This document shows, one piece after another, positions 1 to 12,132 of a stretch of DNA of 64,000 bases; the stretch's first letter is position 1; each line of letters starts with the position of its first letter. Below the pieces are notes generated by a model. The model searched no databases and had not been told where the DNA came from. It worked only from the letters and a program-made list of their open reading frames with translations. The stretch is taken from NCBI GenBank assembly GCA_012295275.1, contig CM022675.1:13454001-13518000 (forward strand), in the 5' to 3' direction. The position numbers and the translations under genes were made by a program. This DNA is from Chrysomallon squamiferum (Eukaryota; Animalia; Mollusca).

Positions 1-36
<36 letters not shown>

Positions 37-663
37 TCCTCTGTCGCTATCTTACTTCCTCGTTAACAAAGTATTTCTTGTTCACGTGCGCGGAATGACC
101 TCATCTGAGTGAATTACGTCATCAAAACATCAGTTAGGCATTTTACTCAGTTCCTCCGAACATTAAAGTTAACTTCAGAAAAGGATGAAGTTGTATTTGC
201 GTAATAAAAACGCTACATTAGTTACATCTTTTAATTTAACTGGTTATCTTTTAACTAATTAAGTTTGTACTTCGGCTATTAAAGAGTTCACGTTTTTATT
301 TGTTTAAACCTGAAATATTCAACGTAAAAGTTACAACAGTTCTAAAGCCAATTAAGAGGAACGTGCGATTCATTAATTTGTCACGTGATTGTTTTATAAA
401 TTTTTATAAAATACTTTTATCTTTTCTGTTTTATCGGGTAATGTTCTCTTAAAGTGATCTGAAAATCCAGGAAAGAAAAACTGGTTTGCATCGTAGCATT
501 CATTTATGTCTTGGTGTATGCGGGACTGTAGCTTTTCGCTATCCCTCTTTCTTTTTGTCTCTGAATTTATCCATTTCTCTCTTTCACACTCTTTCACTCT
601 CACCGTCACCCCTCTCTGTCTCTATGTTTTCCACTCCTTCTTTCTCTCAATATCTGTCTGATC

Positions 664-1008
<345 letters not shown>

Positions 1009-1819
1009 AAGTAGCTGCATTTCTACGAACGTCTCTCTCTGACAGCCTGTCTTCATAATCTTTCTTTCCCCGAGATTTTAAAAATTCCCACAGCATCTCT
1101 CTCCTCATTTCAGTTTCAGTCCTCGACTCAGACTTACATCACCAGACAACACATCCTTTCTCCGTTTTTTTTTTTTGATTATTTTTTTTTTTATCTACTA
1201 TATATCTGTCTGACTGTCTGTCAACTCTCATACAGGATGGGCAGTGTAAACACACGGAAACGTTCTTTTTCTTCCTAATCAAACAAATTTCATCTTGAAA
1301 TTTATATCTACCGAAACATAATGGTTCCCCTGTTTGCAAATTCTGGATCCACCCTTGATATCTGCTTCCCCATCTGCACTGCTTTCACTTTCTGTGTTTC
1401 AAAGTTATCAGTGCTCAACACGTCTTCTCTCTGTTTATTTCCTATTTTCTGCACATTCTCGTGTGTGCGTGTGGGGTCGTCGTCTATTTTTGTCCATTTG
1501 TCTGTCAGTTTGTTTTTGTTTCGATTTGCTTATCTTATGTCTAGCCTTCTAAATCAATATTTTGAATCTTTTTTTTTTTTTTTTTTTTTTGATTATCAGC
1601 TTCGATGACGTCACCGATGTCAGCATTATCGTTATTGTTTTTCTCTCATCATCATTGTCGTCAGTACATGTCTTTCAGAATGATTTTTTTTGTTTTGTTC
1701 CGTGATCAGATATTTATCATCATCATCATCAACACAAACATATTACTGTTCTTTCTGTTACTCTACAGGGCGCTGGTATTAAATTGGGTTGTGTGAATTT
1801 GTTACTCTCTTTAGCACTT

Positions 1820-1926
<107 letters not shown>

Positions 1927-3301
1927 GACAGAGAGACAGAATAACAAACTGTTTATTAACTATAATTATTAACTGTATTTACTAACGTATCGATACGCAA
2001 AATCTCGCACCTCTAGAAACTCCACATTTACAAAACCTGCGAGGAAATGAGACGAGAGACAACTGAGACAAGCCGCACCAACAAGAGAACCGAATTAGAA
2101 ACGTCATTGTTTCTCATCGTGGAGACGCCGCAGACAATAAATATTTAACCAATCAGCGAACAATGGCGTCGATGACGTAACATCCGCTGCTTCTGACATA
2201 CGGCCACGGTTAGGTTAGCAGACACGAAAGCTAATGCAAAGTTAACGAGGAAGACAATTGAAACGACTGGAATCCACTTGAACTGGGTAGAAAGAGAGAG
2301 AGAGAGGAAAAAACAGAATCGCGGCGTCGCGGAGCTGAAAGCTCGAGCATTTGTTTCGCTACGGCAACGACTTCCGCCCGCCCATAATTGCCAATCAGAG
2401 GCGAGAGATCAATGATGTTTTATTGTAAACAAAGTCTTCGCGGATTTTCCATCCACCAAAACGAGATCCAGATGAGAAGGGAGAGCAAGTGAGATGAATC
2501 AGTTAAAAGGATATTTGAGAAACAAATAAATAAATAAATAAATAAAAGGATGAAATAAATAATGAATGAATGAATGAATGAATGAATGAATGAAAAGAAA
2601 AGTAAAGAAAAGAAAGAAAGAAAGAAAGAAAAAATTACAGAAAAAGGAAAAAATGGCGAAAATTAACGGCAAAAGGCGACAATTGACGAAAGAAAGGTAA
2701 CAAACAGAAACGAACAGTGACGGAAAACCGATAAACCGGTAAAAATTTTGTCTGCCTCGTTTTGAAATTCTATGCGTACAGTGTCGTATAAAAAATTAAT
2801 TTCTTTTTTTTTTTCATTCACGATTTCTACGCTCATTCATAGATAAATAAAATGTATCGATTTTCTGGTTTTTTTTTTTTATTATTATTATTATTCATTC
2901 AAAAACGACCGAATTCTTCCGACCAGAAACGAAGCCTGAGGTAAATTTTACTCATTGGTGCTGATAAATAGAACAACAGAAAGTGATTTATATTTGTACA
3001 AAGGAAACTAATAACTGATGTACATCAGTGAACGTGCTGATACAACAGACAGATGATATTTCAGTGTGCCAGAGGTCAGTGGATCAAATCACACAAAGAG
3101 ACGAATTGTTCTTGTTCCTAAGTGTAAATTAATTTTTGTTATTTATAAACAGAGGTTAACAGCTACCTTTCCTTTCATCAAACTTTCGTGTGTGTGTATG
3201 TGCGGATATACATGTACCTTTAATAAGACAACAGCAACAGCAGCTGCAACAACAACACCAGCAGCAGCAGCAACAAAAACAACAACAACAACAACAACAA
3301 C

Positions 3302-3333
<32 letters not shown>

Positions 3334-4735
3334 TAACAATAACAATGGTATCTAATATTAAAAAAAAAAAAATCGCTGGTGCTAATTCAGTTTTCTTTTT
3401 AATAATACAAGGAACATTTATACACGGCTTCAGAGGAATTTGGAAAGTTTTGTAAACTTGTTATATTTTTCAGGCGGGTTTTACAACTTACGTTTTAATG
3501 TCGAGTGTTGCCGAAAATTAATTATCTTTTTTACGTTTACGAGTGTGCGCAGTTAAGCAGGTGTAGGCATAAAAGTCTGACTGTGATTTCAGATATTCTG
3601 CCTCGAAAAAAAACCTCTCTGCCGAAAACAGCCCATCCCTCAGTCATAAAATAGTTTGTCGGTGAAACAGCAAACATATAAAAAAACAGAGCATTGCTTT
3701 ATGTGCAGAGTTTCTGTTTGTTTTCGTTAATTTGTGATTGCCAAAGTTGTAGTACATACCAGTAAAGTGACCTGTGTTTTCTGTCCCTTTCCTTCGTAAT
3801 TCATGACATCACGAGGTGACGTCATATAAATTAAAATCACGTCATATTCCTTTAATTTTTTTTTTTTTACGTTATTACTTGCAAAGGCTAGTTGTATGAA
3901 AATAAATACGAAAATTAGATTAAAATAAAGTACAGGTGTTTTGTTTAGTTCCCAACATATAAACTGTCTATCTTTATATGTAATTTATACAAATATATAC
4001 ATTACATTGATGTTATTATGTTCAGAATGGAAATATATATTTTAGTAAGGAAAAATAATATTAATGGCTAACTAAAAAAAATAAAAAATAAAAAAAATAA
4101 AAAAAATATAAATATATCTATATATGTTTTTTTGACGTCAAAGACATACGCTTTGATGTGCAAATATAATCACTTTTTTGAAGCTAAATACATTGAATAC
4201 ACGCACGCTCGTTCATACACATAATTACACACACTTACGCAACTGTATGCTATATGAACTAAGCCATAGCAAACTTTGAAGAGAGAAAAAAGATATAGAA
4301 GGCAGAGAAAGCAAAGGAATAACAAATTCACACGAACCCACACTGAGACAGCCACATATCAATGAACGTTTTGTGAGTGGTGTTTAGAACGTTCTGTGAA
4401 AGGGCTGCTTGTAAAGACTAATAATAAAAGAGAAGTAAAATACTGAAAGTTTTCTGAGATAAGAACACACAGATGTTTATAGTGTTGTAAAGTAACAAAC
4501 CTGTGAGATGCTCTACAAACATGATGTGGTGTTACAGTTAAAATATCGTAGCTGTAGCTATAGCTGCAGTAGTAGTAGTAGTAGTAGTAGTAGTAAGAGT
4601 AATGGTTGTAGCAGTGTTTTGAAAAGCCAAAGTGAATGAACAATTTAACGTTTAATTACGGAATAACAACACAAATAATAATAATGTTGATGATGATAAT
4701 AATGAACAGTAAACACATTTTTATATATATATATT

Positions 4736-4829
<94 letters not shown>

Positions 4830-5429
4830 AAACAAACTAACTAAAAAATAAAACAGTATAAAAACAAATAAACCTGATAATAAAGCTAGATTACTGTTGA
4901 GCCCAAAACACTGAAGACAAACCGGTATCACGTCTACAGAGAAGTTTAATTTAACAGATATTCTCTGCCTCACTCAAACCACTGTCTTACAGCTCCTCGA
5001 TATTTTTCTTTTATCAATAATGAACCCGAGGCTGCGGTGAAACGGCATCAATCACGGGCTGGAGATTACAAAGACAATCAGATTTGAATGAACCAATCGC
5101 AGGCCTTAATAGATAAGTATTGACAAATGAGAAGGCAGCTTTCGATCAAATAGATAAAGGCATTGGCTGCTTATTACTTGCGCTCATTTAGTTCATCTCT
5201 CCCGCATGACATTTCTTGTTTTGATTTTCATCTTTCACTCTTTCACTCTTTCACTTTCTTTCTTTCTTTCTTTCTTTATATATATCAATGTATGTGTGTG
5301 TATGTGTGTGTATGTGTATAATGTGAGTATATATGTGTGCATTTGTATCTGTTCGTTTCTCTCTTTTCATAATAGCATCATCATCATCATCATTTATCAT
5401 CATTATCATTATCATTAATAGGTAAATCT

Positions 5430-5506
<77 letters not shown>

Positions 5507-5791
5507 TATCTCTCACTCTCTCTCTTTCTGTCTATTTATATTTCTCCCTTTATTGTTTTCGTTTCTTTATTTCTTTATTTCTCTCTATATACGTCGATCT
5601 ACACATCAATTTATATCTCTTTCTCAAATTCATTCTTTATCTGTGTCCTTCCATCCTCTGTATTTCCCTGTTCCCACTTTTCTATCTTAATTTCTGCTAA
5701 TAATCTCTTTCTCTTCTTGATACATGCACAGAACAACTGACAAATCGCAATTTATCGCGAACTTTTCAGTGTTGAATTAATTGAAGTGCTC

Positions 5792-5826
5792 GGCTAACTT
5801 TGGCTAACTTTGGCTAACTTTGGCTA
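5792..5826. repeat. 10-bp tandem repeat (GGCTAACTTT) x3.5
   Basis: ggctaactttggctaactttggctaactttggcta read directly. Confidence 0.9.
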
Positions 5827-5961
5827 GTCAGGCTTCGATGTGCTTTTATGGATGTGAGAATGAGTTTGTCGTCTGCCCACAGGCAGATAAACTGTTCATT
5901 ATACGTCATTGATCCGTACAAATAAACCAACAAATATCATTGCGATAGAAAAAGAGCGCCC

Positions 5962-6312
5962 AATGATGTCGGAATACGCGCTAGTTATAAAACTAATGAC
6001 GTCAAAAAAGTTGTTACCTGGATATGCAATGACGTCAAAATAAATTCTCGTTGAGGAAGTAATGACGTCAAAATACTTGTTACCTGAACAAGCAATGACG
6101 TCAAAATACTTGTTACCTGAACAAGCAATGACGTCAAAATAAAGGCTAGCAAAGGAAATAATGATGTCACAATAATTGTGCTGAATAATCAGAATGAATG
6201 CTAGCTGAATGAATAATGACGACAAATTAATGCTAGCTAAGCAAGTTATGACTCCATGAAGCTTGTCAGTCAAACAACCGATGACGTCAAAATATTTGCG
6301 AGCTCACTAAAT
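5962..6312. repeat. Diverged 33-bp minisatellite (~11 units) with conserved AATGACGTCAAAAT core containing a CRE palindrome
   Basis: Unit starts at 5962, 5995, 6028, 6061, 6094, 6127, 6160, then ~6184, 6215, 6247, 6280. Perfect TGACGTCA at 5997, 6030, 6063, 6096, 6129 and 6282. Units at 6061 and 6094 are identical. Confidence 0.9.
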
Positions 6313-8191
6313 AACGTGGAAGAAATCTCCTAATGTTTCTAGTTTTGATTTGAAGGTGTATTATATATAATGAGAAAGGAAAATACATATATTGTCATTG
6401 TCTGTTTCTGACAAAAACTTCACGTACATATGAAGGTTTTTTTTTTAAAGATAATTTATCAAATCCACGCGAAACAAAATTAAAAAAAAAAAAAAAAAAA
6501 AAACGAAAAAATTGACCTTCTGTTATTTTTTTTCTGTACGTTATTCTATGGAACTTAAACGAGAACAAAAAAAAAGGAATCTGTACTATTAACTTTCGGA
6601 AAATAATGACAGAATCACAAAACCCGTTGCCAATGGTAACAGCCTCTTGGGGAAATCAGATCATCCTATTTGGTGTAATAAAGTTATTATCACAAAAAGA
6701 AAAAGTCTACTATTACTTTTTTAATTTGAAAAGAGAGATGATGTGAAGGAATAGTTTAAAAAATAATAAAATAAAAAGATAGAAATAAAGAAGAATAAGA
6801 AATAGACACCGAAAATTATAAAAAAGAAGAAAAAAATAGAAATAATAATAATAATAATAATCATAATAACAACAACAACAACAACACAAAAACCAAAATA
6901 AAAATGATGATAATGGCAACAGTAATAGCATCAACAGAAATAAATAAAGAAAGAACAAACTATCTAACTAACTAAATAAAAAAAAAAAAAAAATAAAATA
7001 AAAATAAAATTAAAATAAATAAATAAATAAAATAAAATAAAAAAAAAAAAAAAAAAAAAAAATGGAACCAAATGATATAAAACTATTTTTTTTAAACGTG
7101 TTTTTTTTTTTTTTTTTTTCTTTTACGACTGTTGAAATAGAATCTAAAAGCCATAAAACTGCACACGGTATTTTTTCATTTTATCCCCCACCACTGATAT
7201 ATCACGTGACACTCGTCAGTGTTAGATTTGCTTTAATTCGAAAATATGAACTCTCCGAAAATAGACATTAAAAAAAAATAATTACATAACAGACGAGTTA
7301 GAAATAATTAAATAATAATAAAAGTAAAATGAAATAAAAAATAAATAAATAAATAGACAGATAAATATATATATAAATAAATAAGAAACAAGGGGGAAAA
7401 TACAGAAGGAAGGAATACATTTATAAAAGTATAAAACTGATATATGAAAAACAACAATACGAATAGTAACAGAAGTAGTAACAGTTATTGTTGTAACAAT
7501 AGTAGTAGTAGTAGCACTAGTAGTAATGGCAACAGCAATAATATTACTAAAACCAGTAATAGCAATGATCATCACTGTCATAAATAGAATTAAATCAAAT
7601 AAAAACATGGCCAAAGCTAAATCGAAGCACATCATTACACCTATTCAACTACACGGTATCTCGACATCTCGTCATTAACGAAAACACAGAAACCTCATTT
7701 AGCGGTGTTACTGATTCCAGCGATACCGTACACCGCGCTGCGTACTCCAGATATCACGGGGAACAGCTAAACGCTGCACCGACATGCTGAAACGTAATAT
7801 ATTACAAGACACCAGCTTTTGTCAAATCGACGTAATATTACAGAAACTGGTTTCGGTTTAGAGATCAAACGTACGTGACTAATTGCTTAATTTCCTCGCC
7901 GCCACGTGCGCATGCGCGATTCCAGTATTATCTTTGATCATGTAATTCCAGACTAATAACACTACCTGTTTCCGTTTTTAACGTATTTTCGTGCCTATAC
8001 CTCATCAAGGTTCTGGGCACGCTAAAACGACTCGGAAAGAAGAGTGGTAATGTCTATCGAAGTTGATATATGTGTTCCAGAGTTTAAACATTTTTTTAAT
8101 TTTTTTTTTTTTTTTATTTACCTGCCACTTACCTGCTTATTTATTTATTAATTAAAAATGTTTGCTTTGTATATCAGTTTATTTATTTTGC

Positions 8192-8222
<31 letters not shown>

Positions 8223-8619
8223 GTTTACACATATATGTAAATGTATGTGTTTTTCTCTCCCGTGTGTGTGCATATGTATGTATGTATGTTTGAGTGTATG
8301 TATGTATGTATGTGTATATATATACGCACACACACACACACACACACACACAAACAACACATTCATACATACATACCTATATGTCTCTGTATATGTGTGT
8401 GTATGTGTGTGTCTGTGTGTGTGTGTCCGTGTGTTTGTGTGTCTGTGTCTGTGTGTCTGTGTCCGTGTGTTTGTATCTGCGTTCACATAACGATCTACAT
8501 TCAAAGTTTTATCCACAAACCTATTTATTATACTGTTATTAACATATCTAATAAATATAAATACATTTCTTTCATTCTCTGTCATTCTTTCATTCCTTCT
8601 TTCTTTCTTTTCCGTTTTG

Positions 8620-8664
<45 letters not shown>

Positions 8665-8670
8665 GTCTCT

Positions 8671-8721
8671 CTGTATATCTGGTTTCTCATGTCGATAGTT
8701 AACACAATGTTTGAATAACGT

Positions 8722-8784
<63 letters not shown>

Positions 8785-8850
8785 CACTGTATATCTGTAT
8801 ATAAAGCTGGTTTCTACATGTCGATAGTTAACACAATGTTTGAATAACGT

Positions 8851-8945
<95 letters not shown>

Positions 8946-9015
8946 GCACTGTATCTCTGTATATAAAGCTGGTTTCTACATGTCGATAGTTAACACAATG
9001 TTTGTATAACGTGTT
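8671..9015. repeat. Three tandem copies of a unique module, each preceded by a variable (CT)n tract
   Basis: CTGGTTTCT(A)CATGTCGATAGTTAACACAATGTTTG(A/T)ATAACGTGTT occurs three times, separated by CT runs of different length. Confidence 0.92.
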
Positions 9016-9133
9016 TTTCTGCAACACGATGCCTCTGGAGACGGGAACCTGTTAACACTTAACATTTGGTGATGATACAAACACAAAAGCGGTTTGATGT
9101 TGCAAGAATAAAGACTTCTATTGTTTCAAGTCT

Positions 9134-9169
<36 letters not shown>

Positions 9170-9337
9170 GAACGAAACAGCGGCTATCAGTAGACTTCAG
9201 GCATTCACTGTTGTTCTTTCTTTCTAAGGGGGGATTTACAGAAAACAAAAGGATTTGTATTTCAGATTCTTGTTCTTCTTATATTAATGTTTTTTTATTT
9301 ATATTTTTAAATCTTTTCGTCTTTTCTTGTACATACA

Positions 9338-9383
<46 letters not shown>

Positions 9384-10225
9384 CAAACACATATTAATTT
9401 TTTTTTTTTTTTTTTTTTTGCATGAAGAATTTGGAAAGAATTTACGAGTTACACAATGCTAAGGTTTTGTTTCCTAGTGAAATAAAAATATATTATTTCT
9501 GAAACGCAGATAACAGCGCTTTAGGGCAAAGTGTCCTACACTATGTTAAAGTACACTTCTTTCATATAACAAGTAACTTTTTAAAATGTATATTGTTAGA
9601 AATAAAGAGGCAAAGAATACAAACAAACAAAACTACTTTGTCAAAACCTTCATTTTCTTCTTCCAAACATTCACAGACAGAGAATATCTGATTAACGATC
9701 TCTCACATATACAGAGACGTTTACACTTGCACACATTCGTTCTGTTTAAAAAAGAAAAGAAAAAGATTATAATGAAAGGAAAGAAAGAAGACAAAAAGTA
9801 AGAAAAAATAAGCGTATACAACACATTAAGGCGAAAGAAAAACGTCAGTGAATGTTATTAATGAGAGTAAAATTGTAAAGTAATCGAAACCGAGCGCGAT
9901 TCTCAGTCCTGAAAAAAAGTTTTAATAATACGAAAATTTAAAAAAATAATAATAATAATAATAATAAAAAAATAATAATAATAATAAAAATAATTACAAA
10001 TAAAAAAATAAAAATAAAAAAAATAAAATAAAAATTAATAAATAAAATAGGGGAAAATAAAAGAAATGATGGTGATACTAATAATAATAATAATAAAGGG
10101 TAAAACAAAACTTACAGTATCATAAAATCATCACAAAACAAAACATCATGTTTTAATATAATGACTAAAATTCGATACATTGAATTAAAAAATAAAACAA
10201 AATAAAGTTTAAAAAATGTACTTAC

Positions 10226-10285
10226 CTTTATAAGAACGGCAGGTTTTTCGTCTTAAAAATGTTAATTCTTAAATTGAGCCAGAAC
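10226..10285 (-). other. Candidate 60-nt non-coding internal exon
   Basis: Minus strand: acceptor catttcatttctttctcttttccag|G, donor AAG|gtaagta. All three frames contain a stop. Confidence 0.6.
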
Positions 10286-10499
10286 CTGGAAAAGAGAAAG
10301 AAATGAAATGTTTTTAGAAACTTGAACTGCAGTATCGTCTAAAAAAAAATAACAAATAAAAATAACAAAATGGAGATTTGGGTTTCACTTGTAAAGGCAT
10401 TAAAGATTGTCACGTGTTTTAAAGAAGAGAGGAAAAGAAGAAAGAAAGAAGAACAATAGGAGATGAAGAAGAACAAATTAATAATAGTAAATAACAAGG

Positions 10500-10804
10500 A
10501 GAAGTAGTAAAAATAGTAACAATATTGGTAGTAGTAGTAGTAGTAGTAGTAGTAGCAGTCGTAGAAGAACTAGTAATAGTAGTGGTAGACGTAATGGAAA
10601 TATTCTCAAAACGTAGTAGTAGTAGTAGTAGTAGTAGCAGCAAAAGCAGTGGTTGTAGTAGTAGTAGTAGTAGCAGCAGTAGTAGTAGCAGCAGCAGCGG
10701 TAGTAGGAGAAGTAATACTATGTAGTACTGTTAGTGGTAATAGTAGTGTTATTATAGTTTTATGACAGTTATAGTAATAGCAGCAGCATCAACAGCAGCA
10801 GTAA

Positions 10805-10844
<40 letters not shown>

Positions 10845-11124
10845 GGTAGTAGTGATGTTGCAAAGTACTTGTTGTTAATGTGTCTGTAATAAAATAAAGA
10901 TAATATGTTTATAGAATATCTGTATCTACAAGTGTTGTAGTAGTAGTACTTCCAGTAGTAGCAATAGTAATAGTAGTAATAGTGGTAATAGCAGTAGCAG
11001 CAGTACTTATACAACAATACTGCAAAGTAGATCTGGTTAATATATCTATAATAACACAAAAAGATGTTTATAGAATATCTGTATCTAGTAGTGTTGTAGT
11101 AGTAGCTGTAGGAGTAGCATTAGC

Positions 11125-11161
<37 letters not shown>

Positions 11162-11422
11162 ATAGTTGCTGCGGTAATAGTAATAGTAATACCAGAAGTA
11201 GAAGTTATATAGTAGAAGTTATATAGCAGTACTATAAAGTTGAGGTTGTTAAACTGTCTATTCGAAAGATAACATGTTTGTAGTATATCTGGATCTATAT
11301 TATAGTACTAGTAGTTGTAGCAGCAGTAGTAATAGCAGTAGTAGTAGTAGTCAAACAGCAGTACTATAAAGTAGAGGTTGTTAAACTGTCTATACGAAAG
11401 ATAACATGTTTGTAGTATATCT
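10500..11422. repeat. Degenerate (AGT/AGC)n field containing duplicated unique modules
   Basis: 66-bp duplicate at 11225-11290 and 11357-11422 (2 mismatches). Related ATGTTT(A/G)TAG(A/T)ATATCT motif at 10905, 11064, 11274 and 11406. Confidence 0.88.
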
Positions 11423-11547
11423 CTGTCTACTTAAAACAGAATAACAAAAACATGAGGCTAGCTTTATTTTCTTCTGTCTTAGCTTTGAATTGTATGAACA
11501 GTTAGAAATAAACATATCTCTTAATGCACTGACGTTTTGCATTGCAG

Positions 11548-11630
11548 GTTTCTGTGTGTTTTACAAACAGATGGATGCTAGGAAAACAGCAGCAAGTCGA
11601 GTGAGGAGGATTTGCCGCCCACAACAGAAG
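11548..11630 (+). other. Candidate plus-strand exon (83 nt, or 60 nt from an alternative acceptor before 11571)
   Basis: Branch-like ctgac, acceptor gttttgcattgcag|G, donor AAG|gtaaga. One open frame: FCVFYKQMDARKTAASRVRRICRPQQK, with no recognisable homology. Confidence 0.4.
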
Positions 11631-12022
11631 GTAAGAGAAGTTCTGAGATCCAGAAGTAAAGCTTTGATTTGTTTCGCAGTGTTCGGTTTATTAAAATCAT
11701 CTAGTGTGATAAAGTTTGAAGAAAGAAAACAACAAGAAAAAAAAGATCAAAATAAAGAATAAAAAATCTCCAAACAACAACAACAAAAAAAAAAATATAT
11801 ATATATATAAAATAAAATAAAATAAGGTAATAAAAAGTAAAAGAGAATAATGGTGAAAAAAAAAAAAAGAAGAAAAATCTGAAGAGATATTTTGTTATAG
11901 TAAAATTTACGTCAAGCAACCTGCACTGTGACAAGGAAAATGATGTCTACACAATCTCAAAGTAAAGCACAGACAGAGACTTACAGAGAGATAGGTAGAT
12001 AAACAGACAGACAGATATACAG

Positions 12023-12132
<110 letters not shown>

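Noticed and set aside
5962-6312. CRISPR-like repeat-spacer appearance of the 33-bp array
   Set aside because: The core is only ~14 bp, the linkers are mutually related and two are identical, there are no cas genes, and the context is eukaryotic. It is a diverged minisatellite.
8115-8140. Perfect minus-strand donor CAG|GTAAGT at 8133
   Set aside because: No plausible acceptor or promoter upstream. It lies in a short TTACCTGC duplication next to low-complexity DNA.
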